This document shows, in pieces, positions 29,040 through 38,015 of a DNA stretch of 64,000 bases. How positions within the stretch are numbered: position 1 is the stretch's first letter; the number at the start of each line of letters is the position of its first letter. The notes below the pieces were generated by a model. The model ran no database searches. It was given only the letters and a program-made list of their open reading frames with translations, and was not told where the DNA came from. The translations under genes were made by a program, and so were the position numbers. Source of the stretch: an uncultured Saprospiraceae bacterium (GTDB lineage Bacteria; Bacteroidota; Bacteroidia; Chitinophagales; Saprospiraceae); contig CALLAW010000022.1 in assembly GCA_938001865.1 (NCBI GenBank), forward strand, positions 4,839 through 68,838, read 5' to 3'.

Positions 29040-29211
29040 AAGATGTATCGTATGGTATCTAAGAGTAAAGACAATGCTAAGTAATAATATGTTTCCATCA
29101 TGCTGTCTAGACAAGATGTCTATTCACTCCAAATCTACTCAATGATCTGATACTATCTGATGATGCAGAGGAGTATGACGACGGGTGTATCGATCTTAGA
29201 TGCAATCATCA

Positions 29212-30585
29212 TCAATCAAACTTCCCTACCAAGTAATCAATTTCACTCTTAGTCAATATGAGATTATAGATTGCATTGACTTTTGCGAAAGCGGCATTGA
29301 GATATTGGAGTTGGACAGTACGGTAGTCGAGAGATGTGACAAGTCCTCCCTTGAATCGTTCGTCTAGCATGCTTAGATTTTCTTCGGCTAGGCGGATTTG
29401 ATCATCTGTGAGTCTAAGGAGTTGGCGCTGACTTTGGTAGTTGGCAATCAAGATATCTAATTGATTGATGAGATTAGCTGCTGCTTGTTCGACACTGAGT
29501 TTAGCGATTTCTTCTTCAAGTTGAGCAGTCTCGATGGCTGTCTTCCTCACACCACCATCGTAGAGATCCCAAGTGACTGCTGCATTGATTCCACCAGTGA
29601 TCTGATTGCCAAATACTATCTCAAATGGATCTCCTGTCATCGGATTGTCATCAAATATTTTGAATCCACTTTCTGCAATGCCAAGACTCCCATTGAGACT
29701 CACGATAGGCTTACGTTGTGCTTGGGCTAACCTTGTATTGAGTGCATTGAGGTCTGAGAGGATGTAGAGGCTCTTGAGAGTATAGTTGTCTTCTGAGAGA
29801 GCATCTTGAAGTTTCTCAGCATTGATTGCTTCGTCAGTGACACTGAGTACTTCTGCATATACATAGTCAGAGGTCAAAGGGACAAGGAGTGTGCTATAGA
29901 GGGTTTGCTTCGCAGTGTTTACCTGGAGTGACTGTGTGACGATATTGATACTATCCGTGGCTAGAGCATTTTCGAATTGGATGATGTTGAGACTATTTGA
30001 TGTGCCGTACTCTTTCTTGACTTGCTCGTAGCGAAGTTTTGATTGAGAGAGGCTGTAGGATTCTCTCAAGACTTCTAATCGTTGTTGTTGGAAGAGGACA
30101 TTATAGTATTGTTGGTAGACATTCCTGAGTAAGTCGTGGGTATTGACATCCTTGTTGAGTTCTTCTTGTCTGACTAATAATTCGAGCTGGTCTTTTGCGA
30201 CTTCAAATCTACCTCCAGCGTAGACCACCCAGTTGGCATCTGCAGATCCCCCAAGTGTACCTGCATAATATGCCCCTTGGAGGAAACTTGCAGGATTGTT
30301 ATTGTTGACAATATTATTATTGAAGTAGCCATTGAGTGAGACAGTTGGAGTCTTACCAGCCTGTGCCCAAGTATTGTTACTCTCTGCGATCAAGATATTT
30401 GTGTCAGCTATCTTGATGTCGAGGTTATTCTCTAGTGCAATAGAGAGAGCCTTGGGGAGAGTCATTGACTCTTGAGCAGATATGACATTTACGATCAGTA
30501 TCAGGAGAGTGGCAAGTCCTATCCTTACTCGCTTGATCGCTTGATTACTCGGTATGATTGTGATTATATCGTGCATGTAAGTCAT
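29212..30585 (-). CDS. TolC-family outer membrane efflux protein
   Basis: 457 aa with a signal peptide and two internally repeated helical/beta halves. The start overlaps the RND stop by 1 nt (TAATG), so this is the last gene of the MFP-RND-OMF operon. Confidence 0.85.
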   Translation of the reverse strand: MTYMHDIITIIPSNQAIKRVRIGLATLLILIVNVISAQESMTLPKALSIALENNLDIKIADTNILIAESNNTWAQAGKTPTVSLNGYFNNNIVNNNNPASFLQGAYYAGTLGGSADANWVVYAGGRFEVAKDQLELLVRQEELNKDVNTHDLLRNVYQQYYNVLFQQQRLEVLRESYSLSQSKLRYEQVKKEYGTSNSLNIIQFENALATDSINIVTQSLQVNTAKQTLYSTLLVPLTSDYVYAEVLSVTDEAINAEKLQDALSEDNYTLKSLYILSDLNALNTRLAQAQRKPIVSLNGSLGIAESGFKIFDDNPMTGDPFEIVFGNQITGGINAAVTWDLYDGGVRKTAIETAQLEEEIAKLSVEQAAANLINQLDILIANYQSQRQLLRLTDDQIRLAEENLSMLDERFKGGLVTSLDYRTVQLQYLNAAFAKVNAIYNLILTKSEIDYLVGKFD

Positions 30586-33500
30586 TAGCTGATCAATTGA
30601 AAGATGATGATCAAGAGTACGAGTACTCCGAAGTAGAGCCCAAAGTAACCTTGACGTTGGGGATGCGAAGCTTCTAATAATTCTGGTGTCGGCTTGTTGC
30701 CAGTATAGAGATGTACGATTCCAGACTTTGCCTTGCTTGATATCATCAAGAGAGCTGGGATGAGTACTAAGAGGATAAATGTTCCTACCAATAGACCATA
30801 GGCAACAGAGATAGCCATCGGGATGAGGAATTGTGCTTGGAAGGATTTCTCTAGGATCAGAGGTGCTAGTCCAGCAATGGTAGTAATGGAAGTCAATAAG
30901 ATCGGTCTGAACCTTGCTCTGCCTGTTTCTATTACTGCTTGTTCGACTTGCATTCCACCTTTGATCTTATCATTGAAGGTAGTGATGAAGACGAGGGCAT
31001 CATTGACAAATATCCCGATCAATGCTATCACTCCTAAGATGGAAAAAAGGCTAATCGGTAGTCCTTGCAGGTAGTGTCCGAGGCCAACACCTATGAATCC
31101 AAATGGAAGAAGAAAGAAGACTATCAGTGCTTGGCTGACAGATTTGAACGTCAATACTATGACGAAAAACATCATCAAAAAGATGATCGGCATCACCGTA
31201 GACATGGACTTTCTAGTCTTAGCTTGTTCACGTTCTTGCCCTTCAAATGATGCTCTGACTGAAGGGTAGTCCTTGAGTACTCCTGGTAAGATCACATTAC
31301 GGACATCTGCAGTGACATCACCGACACTGACTTGGTCATTTGCGACATCAGCATCTATCCGTACTTCTCGTTCGCCATCTATCCTGTTGATATTGACGAT
31401 TCCCCGTTCTGTAGACAGAGTTGCTAATTCGCCAAGAGGGATAGACTGACCACTCCCTGATCTGATCCGCATACTCGTCAGATCATTGATATCAGATCTA
31501 TTGTCAGTATCATAGCGTACCCATACTCTGACTTCGTCTTGGCCTCGCTGGATCCGTTGTGCTTCTGCACCGAAGAATCCTTGTCTGACTTGTGAGAGGA
31601 TGTCACTGACAGTGAAGCCAAGGTTGTACGCCTTAGGTGTTAGCTCAAGAGAGATTTCTTTGAGCCCTTCTTGGTTGTTGTCTACGATATCTTTGAGATC
31701 GGGTATGCGTCCAAGATTTTCTTTTACAGCTTTGACTGCTGCATTCATCTCATCCGGATCGGAGCCAAGCAAGGACAGAGAGACTGGCATACCGAATGGC
31801 GAACCAGAGCTAAACGATACAGTTTCTGCTTCAGGCACATCACCAAGTGTCTCTCTAATCTTGGCAATGATAGACCTCGCGGATATGTCGCCTCGTCGTT
31901 CGCCATCTAGGAGGCTTACTCTGACATTACCTTCATAAGTTGTCGGTCCTAGATTCTTCTGGATCTTGGTAATAGGTTTCAATTGACCACCTAAGAATTC
32001 ATCGGAGAGTTCTTGGTTGACTTGTACTGTTGCTTCTTCTATTTTGTCGAGTATTTCTGCGGTTTTGTAATCTCTTGATCCGGCTGGTAACTTGACAGTG
32101 ACGGAGAAGTTATCTCGAGGGATGACAGGGAAGAATGTACTCTTAATCAATCCACCTCTCATGGCACCTATAGTCAAGATGAGTCCACCAATACAGAGAG
32201 CCAATGTCGGTAGATTGAATCTCACTGCCCAGTGTAAGACTGGACTATAGATACGGTCTCTGAGTATGGCCATGAGATTATCTAGTCCTCTCTGCAGCCT
32301 ATTGGGCTTGTGCTCACGATCGAGTGCCTTGGAGTGAGCTATGTGTGCTGGTAAGATCAATGCTCCCTCTACAAGAGAGAAGATGAGTGAGAAGATCACT
32401 ACAATGGCCATCTCTCTAAAGAAGTCACCCAATCTCCCATCTATAAAGAAGAAAGTAGCAAAGGCTATGACAGTGGTGATAATCGCTGAGAAGACTGCTG
32501 GCAGGACTTCCATAGTGCCATCGATCGCAGCTTGGAAGGGGGTTGCACCCCTCTCGTACTGTTGATAGATATTCTCAGCAATCACGATTCCATCATCGAC
32601 CAATATCCCGATCACGACAATCATCCCAAACAGTGAGATGACATTGATCGTCACACCGAGTAATGATGCGAAGAGAAACATACCAGCAAATGAGATGGGG
32701 ATTGCTAATGCTACCCAGAATGCCATCCTCCAGTGCAAAAACATTGAAAGAAGTATGAGTACAATGATGAATCCGATGATTCCATTATTCTTCAATAGGT
32801 CTATCCGTTGATTCAATGTGATAGATGAATCCTCGAGGACAAGAGCTTGGACTTCTTCATTGACTTGATTGAAGTCATCAATATACTTCTTGGTCTTGTC
32901 AGCGATAGTGAGCATGTCTTCCTCTAGGGTATTCTGGACAGTGACCACTGCTGCTGGTTCGCCTTCGATATAAGTACGCTGAGGTGAATCTTCCCATTGG
33001 TCTTTGACTGTAGCGACATCATAGAGTTTGGTAACACCGCCATTGGGATTGGACTTGATGATGATCTCTTGGAGCTCTTTAGCAGTGTAGTACTTGTTAT
33101 CAGCTCTGATGAGTAACTCTTCGGTATCAGTCTTGATGGTTCCTCCAGTTACTTCGAGATTAGTACCTCGGATTCTGTTGACAGCTTCTGCAAATGTGAT
33201 GTTATATTGTCTCAATGCTTCTTCGCTGAATGCTACTTCGATCTCCTCTTCTGGAAATCCCGAGAGAGTAATCTTAGAGATACCATCCATTCCTAGGAGT
33301 TGATCCTCTACGTCTCTAGAGATCTTCTTCAATGTCTTCAATGGCACATCGCCATAGATGGCAAATGACATCACTTGACCGAGACTCTCTCTCTTAGCGA
33401 TGGTTAGTGGCTCCATAGATACCGGAAAGGAATTGATACCATCTACGGCATTTTTGACATCTTGGAGTATGATGTCAGTATCATATCCTTTGATAATCTC

Positions 33501-33782
33501 TACAGTGATATTTCCTGCATTCTCTGAGCAGACTGATGTGACACGTTCGATTCCAGTCAGTCCTTCGAGGTTATCTTCTATCTTAGCGACGATTCCCTCT
33601 TCTATCTCTTGAGGTGATGCTCCTGGATAGATTGCCCTGATAGTAATCGTCCGACTCTCTACCTCTGGGAAGAAGGTAGTCTTCATTTGGCTCAAGCCAA
33701 AGAGTCCAAGTATGAAGAGTAAGATCATGAGGATGTTACCTGCGATCTCATTTTTGATGAAGTATTCTACTATTCCTCTCAT
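30585..33782 (-). CDS. RND efflux transporter permease (AcrB/AcrD/AcrF family)
   Basis: 1065 aa with 12-TM topology and two large periplasmic loops. The N-terminus is typical of the family: 'IVEYFIKNEIAGNILMILLFILGLFGL'. Confidence 0.95.
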   Translation of the reverse strand: MRGIVEYFIKNEIAGNILMILLFILGLFGLSQMKTTFFPEVESRTITIRAIYPGASPQEIEEGIVAKIEDNLEGLTGIERVTSVCSENAGNITVEIIKGYDTDIILQDVKNAVDGINSFPVSMEPLTIAKRESLGQVMSFAIYGDVPLKTLKKISRDVEDQLLGMDGISKITLSGFPEEEIEVAFSEEALRQYNITFAEAVNRIRGTNLEVTGGTIKTDTEELLIRADNKYYTAKELQEIIIKSNPNGGVTKLYDVATVKDQWEDSPQRTYIEGEPAAVVTVQNTLEEDMLTIADKTKKYIDDFNQVNEEVQALVLEDSSITLNQRIDLLKNNGIIGFIIVLILLSMFLHWRMAFWVALAIPISFAGMFLFASLLGVTINVISLFGMIVVIGILVDDGIVIAENIYQQYERGATPFQAAIDGTMEVLPAVFSAIITTVIAFATFFFIDGRLGDFFREMAIVVIFSLIFSLVEGALILPAHIAHSKALDREHKPNRLQRGLDNLMAILRDRIYSPVLHWAVRFNLPTLALCIGGLILTIGAMRGGLIKSTFFPVIPRDNFSVTVKLPAGSRDYKTAEILDKIEEATVQVNQELSDEFLGGQLKPITKIQKNLGPTTYEGNVRVSLLDGERRGDISARSIIAKIRETLGDVPEAETVSFSSGSPFGMPVSLSLLGSDPDEMNAAVKAVKENLGRIPDLKDIVDNNQEGLKEISLELTPKAYNLGFTVSDILSQVRQGFFGAEAQRIQRGQDEVRVWVRYDTDNRSDINDLTSMRIRSGSGQSIPLGELATLSTERGIVNINRIDGEREVRIDADVANDQVSVGDVTADVRNVILPGVLKDYPSVRASFEGQEREQAKTRKSMSTVMPIIFLMMFFVIVLTFKSVSQALIVFFLLPFGFIGVGLGHYLQGLPISLFSILGVIALIGIFVNDALVFITTFNDKIKGGMQVEQAVIETGRARFRPILLTSITTIAGLAPLILEKSFQAQFLIPMAISVAYGLLVGTFILLVLIPALLMISSKAKSGIVHLYTGNKPTPELLEASHPQRQGYFGLYFGVLVLLIIIFQLIS

Positions 33783-33785
33783 AGA

Positions 33786-34907
33786 TTAGTAGTTGACTTT
33801 TTGACCTTCGAAGAGACCGCTGAGAGTACTGACTACAATCGCATCGTCTGGAGTCAGTCCTGTCACAAGGATATCATCATCTAATCGCTTGACAGAAGTG
33901 ATCTCCTTAGTGACCAATGTAGAGTCTTGCACCACGTAGATACTCGTCGGTGAGACGAATGCACTCTTAGGGATCTTGTACACATCGTCAAGCGAAGATC
34001 CACCAATCTTACCGCTGAGGTACATGCCATCTTTGAGTCCTGCTCCACTGACTGAGATATAGACAGGAAGATTTTGGGTTGCTTGATCGATAAGCGTTCC
34101 GATTCGACTTACTTTACCTTTCCAAGACTTCCCCATCTGCTCGGATGTGAGGGTGACTGATTGGCCTGGTTTGACATATTTAAGATTGTCCAGTTCGACT
34201 GGTGCTATGAGTTCGTAGGTTGCCGTATTGATCAGAGTGGCAAGTGATTGTCCTGGGCTTACGAGAGCTCCCGGAAAAACATTTACCTGAGTGATGATGC
34301 CTCCAAATGGACTGGAGATTGTATAGTCTGCGAGTCGTGTCTCTTGACTCTTAATGGTATAGTACTGATTGTAAATATTACGTCCTGCGACGAAAAATTT
34401 TTCTTGGTCATTGACTGGGCTTGGGAGTGGTTTGATCGATCGTTCGACATCCATGGATCTGAGGTAATTATCCCATGCTTGGAAAGATTGAGGATAGTCA
34501 AACTTGAGATCAGGCATCATCTGAGTAATACTAGTCAGTAAGCTAGCACGCTGTGCTTTGAGAGAGTAAGATGCCTCTTGGCTATCAATGATGAATAGTG
34601 GTTCGCCAGCTTGGACATACCTCCCTGCTCTAAGGGACTTACCATTGTCTTGGAGAATACCTTGTACTTTGGCAGTGACCGATACACGATCGTGTGCTGA
34701 TAATCTCCCATCGATACTGATAGTATTGGATTGTGAGCTGGAGCTAAATGTCTGAGTAGTAACCTTGCGACGTTCTTTCTTTGGGGCATCACCTGAGACT
34801 GTGGATTTCTTTGACTCAGCCATCTTGTTAGAGAGGAATACTGCACCACCTATGATGAGGGCAGTAAGGATCAATGAAACAAGATTTTTCCTGTGTTTAG
34901 GCTTCAT
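33786..34907 (-). CDS. RND efflux periplasmic adaptor (membrane fusion protein)
   Basis: 373 aa with an N-terminal anchor and lipoyl/beta-barrel-like segments. It lies 3 nt upstream of the RND pump gene. Confidence 0.85.
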   Translation of the reverse strand: MKPKHRKNLVSLILTALIIGGAVFLSNKMAESKKSTVSGDAPKKERRKVTTQTFSSSSQSNTISIDGRLSAHDRVSVTAKVQGILQDNGKSLRAGRYVQAGEPLFIIDSQEASYSLKAQRASLLTSITQMMPDLKFDYPQSFQAWDNYLRSMDVERSIKPLPSPVNDQEKFFVAGRNIYNQYYTIKSQETRLADYTISSPFGGIITQVNVFPGALVSPGQSLATLINTATYELIAPVELDNLKYVKPGQSVTLTSEQMGKSWKGKVSRIGTLIDQATQNLPVYISVSGAGLKDGMYLSGKIGGSSLDDVYKIPKSAFVSPTSIYVVQDSTLVTKEITSVKRLDDDILVTGLTPDDAIVVSTLSGLFEGQKVNY

Positions 34908-35022
34908 AGGTAGGTTTTAGTCGAGCAAAATTACGGCTTTCATTTTAGACAGGAGGGTAACACTTGGTTTAATTAGAATGTTTGTGATTTGGAGTAATTC
35001 TCTTTATACCGATTCCTAGCTT

Positions 35023-35211
35023 GTCCATCTACCCATCCCTAGGCTGCACACCCGAAACTTCCGTTTCGGTTCCTTCCTTATTCTTATACTGTCGTATAAG
35101 GATTTTTTGACTTTGTCAAAAACCAGACAGTCATCCTAAATTTAGGGAAGGGAATGAATTTCGACTTTGTCGAAAGAAAGGGTTGGGTATAGAAGAGAGA
35201 ATGGGTTGGGT
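35023..35211 (+). repeat. Composite palindromic repeat, upstream copy (modules A-B-C ... D-E)
   Basis: GTCCATC; TACCCATCCCTAG; hairpin CCGAAAC-TTCC-GTTTCGG+TTCCTT (35052-35075); TTTTGAC-TTT-GTCAAAA; CCTAAATTTAGGGAAGGGAATGAATTTCGACTTTGTCGAAAGAAAGGGTTGGGTA (to 35189); one AGAAGAGAGAATGGGTTGGGTA unit. Confidence 0.8.
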
Positions 35212-35232
35212 AGAATTTTGTAATTTAGAACT

Positions 35233-35604
35233 ATGAACCCCTATCACATCATTAAAGACTTTGCTCGAGATAACAGGAAGAATCCCACTCAGTCTGAGAA
35301 ATTATTTTGGGAGAATGCTAGAGGAAAGAAAATTGGTGGATTAAAATTTCTTAGGCAGCATGTGATTGCATACCAACTTTACGAGAATCAACAGAAATTC
35401 TTTATTGCAGATTTTTATTGTGATGAATTAAGACTTGTCGTTGAGATTGATGGAAGAGTTCACGACTATCAAAAAGAATATGATAGTGACCGCAGTGAGA
35501 TATTAGAAGCTATGCAATTTCAAGTGATAAGATTCACAAATGATGAAGTCTTATATCATTGGGAAATGGTTGAAATGAAGTTATTGAGTTCTACTCATCC
35601 TTAA
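35233..35604 (+). CDS. DUF559 endonuclease-domain protein (Vsr-like PD-(D/E)xK fold)
   Basis: 123 aa. 'NPTQSEKLFWENARGKKIGGLKFLRQH', 'IADFYCDELRLVVEIDGRVH' and 'VIRFTNDEV' match the DUF559 pattern. Confidence 0.85.
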   Translation: MNPYHIIKDFARDNRKNPTQSEKLFWENARGKKIGGLKFLRQHVIAYQLYENQQKFFIADFYCDELRLVVEIDGRVHDYQKEYDSDRSEILEAMQFQVIRFTNDEVLYHWEMVEMKLLSSTHP

Positions 35605-35607
35605 GCT

Positions 35608-35826
35608 GTCCATCCGAAACTTCCGTTTCGGTTCCTTCTCTGGTTTTACTTTCGTAAGTAGATTTATTGCTTAGGTAATATCAATAAGTTACTAAATTTC
35701 TTTTTTTACCCATCCCTAGCCCTTCCCTAAATTTAGGGAAGGGAATGAATTTCGACTTAGTCGAAAGAAAGGGTTGGGTACAGAAGAAAGAAAGGGTTGG
35801 GTACAGAAGAGAGAAAGGGTTGGGTA
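35608..35826 (+). repeat. Composite palindromic repeat, downstream copy (modules A-C ... B-D-E-E)
   Basis: GTCCATC+CGAAAC-TTCC-GTTTCGG+TTCCTT (35608-35637). TACCCATCCCTAG is followed by a perfect 24-nt palindrome CCCTTCCCTAAATTTAGGGAAGGG (35720-35743) and then GAATGAATTTCGACTTAGTCGAAAGAAAGGGTTGGGTA. Two tandem ~23-nt units CAGAAGARAGAAAGGGTTGGGTA run from 35781 to 35826. Confidence 0.8.
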
Positions 35827-35933
35827 GAAAAACGAGAATGGCTTAGGTCTCATAAGAAGTTTTGGAGGGGTTGCTATTTTCGACTTGCGAACGAAAGGAT
35901 TGAGTTAAATATGCTATCTTGCCAGCAGAAGAT

Positions 35934-37745
35934 ATGACGAAAAAAGACTATCAAGAACTCTTACCAGCTCTCCCCAAGCAGCCTGGCATCTATAAGTACA
36001 AAGATGAACAGGGGACGATTATCTATATCGGTAAGGCTAAGAATCTTAAGAATAGAATCGCATCATACTTTACCAATGATAAGAACAAGGCTTACAAAAC
36101 TCGGACTCTCGTAAAGAATGCAAGATCATTAGAGTGGACAGTCGTTGACACTGAGCATGATGCTCTCTTGTTGGAGAATAATCTCATCAAGAAGTTTCAG
36201 CCGCGATATAATGTGATGCTCAAGGATGGCAAATCATACACCTACCTCTGTATCAAAAATGAAAGATTTCCCAGAGTGTTTTTCACCCGTAAGGTATTCA
36301 AAGATGGATCTAAATACTTTGGCCCATACACTTCTAAGTATCGTACTCGGATCATCCTAGATATCATCAAGAAGCTTTTTCCACTGAGGACATGTAACCT
36401 CAATCTTGCCGATAAGTACATTATGGCAGGGAAGTATAAGGTCTGCCTTGAGTACCACATCAAGAACTGTCTCGGGCCCTGTGTCAACTACGAATCAGAA
36501 GAAGAGTATAATACCAAGATCAATCAGGTTGTCAACATCCTCAAGGGAAATTTCAAACCTGTCAAAGATTATATCAAGACTCAGATGGCAACTTATGTCG
36601 AGGCATTAGAGTTCGAAAAAGCACAAGATCTCAAGGAAAAGTTGCTCGCATTCGAAGATTATCAATCAAAGAGTATGGTAGCTAATCCGAGCTTTCATGA
36701 TATGGATGTCTTCTCTATCAAGACTGATAATGATAAGCACTTTGTGGCTTTCCTCAAGATAGTCAATGGAGCCATGATCAATACAGATGTCGTAGAGGTT
36801 ATCTCCAATGCTGATGAGACAGAGGCAGAGGTGCTCGCATTTACCATCGAACGACTCAGAGAAAAATTTAACTCGATCTCTAAGAATGTCATCGTCCCAA
36901 TTGAAGTAGAGTTAGTAGACAAAGAAATCAATGCAACAATCCCAAAAGTAGGTGATAAGAAGAAGCTCCTTGACCTCGCAGACAAAAACCTCAAGTACTT
37001 CATCCTCCAAACAAAGAAGGAAGAACTCAGCAAAATCAAAAAACAAACTCCAACAGAACGGATATTGACAACACTTCGTGATGATCTCAATATGAAGGAG
37101 ATCCCATTCCATATCGAGTGCTTTGATAATAGTAATATCCAAGGGACCAATCCCACAGCAAGCTGCGTAGTATTCAAAAATGCAAAACCCTCCAAGAGTG
37201 ATTATCGAAAGTTTAAAATAAAAACTGTAGTCGGTCCAGATGACTTTGCTTCGATGGTAGAGGTAGTAGGTCGGAGATATAGTCGCCTGCTCGGAGAGAA
37301 CAAACCTCTGCCGCAACTCATCGTCATAGACGGTGGCAAGGGGCAACTCAGTAGTGCTATGCAAGCGATAGATCTCCTCGGACTGCGTGATAAGATCACA
37401 GTGATCGGTATCGCTAAGCGATTAGAAGAGATCTACTTCCCCGATGACTCGATACCAATCTACATCAATAAGAAATCAGAAAGTCTCAAGCTCATCCAAC
37501 AACTCAGGAATGAAGCCCATAGATTTGCAATCAACTTTCACCGTGATCTCAGATCAAAAAATGCCTTTGGTACAGGGCTTACCGATGTGCCTGGAGTGGG
37601 GAAGAAGACTGCCGAGAAATTACTCACTCAGTTCAAATCAGTTAAGCGACTCCTCGCCGCTGACAAAAAAGATGTCATAGAGATTGCAGGCCCAAGTGTC
37701 GCTAAGAAAATCTATACCTACTATCAAGGTGAGGAGGAAGAGTGA
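35934..37745 (+). CDS. uvrC: Excinuclease ABC subunit C
   Basis: GIY-YIG N-terminus 'PGIYKYKDEQGTIIYIGKAKNLKNR', UvrBC-interaction and RNase H-like endonuclease regions, and a C-terminal HhH 'LTDVPGVGKKTAEKLL'. The start is taken at the ATG at 35934; the longest ORF begins at TTG 35919. Confidence 0.95.
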   Translation: MTKKDYQELLPALPKQPGIYKYKDEQGTIIYIGKAKNLKNRIASYFTNDKNKAYKTRTLVKNARSLEWTVVDTEHDALLLENNLIKKFQPRYNVMLKDGKSYTYLCIKNERFPRVFFTRKVFKDGSKYFGPYTSKYRTRIILDIIKKLFPLRTCNLNLADKYIMAGKYKVCLEYHIKNCLGPCVNYESEEEYNTKINQVVNILKGNFKPVKDYIKTQMATYVEALEFEKAQDLKEKLLAFEDYQSKSMVANPSFHDMDVFSIKTDNDKHFVAFLKIVNGAMINTDVVEVISNADETEAEVLAFTIERLREKFNSISKNVIVPIEVELVDKEINATIPKVGDKKKLLDLADKNLKYFILQTKKEELSKIKKQTPTERILTTLRDDLNMKEIPFHIECFDNSNIQGTNPTASCVVFKNAKPSKSDYRKFKIKTVVGPDDFASMVEVVGRRYSRLLGENKPLPQLIVIDGGKGQLSSAMQAIDLLGLRDKITVIGIAKRLEEIYFPDDSIPIYINKKSESLKLIQQLRNEAHRFAINFHRDLRSKNAFGTGLTDVPGVGKKTAEKLLTQFKSVKRLLAADKKDVIEIAGPSVAKKIYTYYQGEEEE

Positions 37746-38015
37746 TAGTGTCTTCGGAGGCTTCTGTAGTCAGTCCTCTCAGGATCTGAGCCTATTAAAC
37801 CATGCGTAAGATGTGGGACACCATCGATTGATCACCAATCTATTGCTCAGGTCCGGCAATATTTACAACAGTACATCCGTCGATCAAGTCAAAAGAGAGT
37901 TCGAGATATTATCTCTACTCTGGTACTTGTGGAGTATCATCTCTTAGTAAGTCTATCAATAAAAAAATAAGAATAAAGATCATTCTGATGTATCAATCGT
38001 GTGTACTTTTAGGAG

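Noticed and set aside
35781-35826. Tandem ~23-nt GGGTTGGGTA-containing repeats as a possible CRISPR array
   Set aside because: There are only two or three directly abutting units with no spacers, and no cas genes are present. They form part of the palindromic repeat flanking the DUF559 gene.
36695-37364. 166-aa and 150-aa ORFs antisense to uvrC
   Set aside because: They are shadow ORFs inside a well-supported conserved gene, with no motifs.
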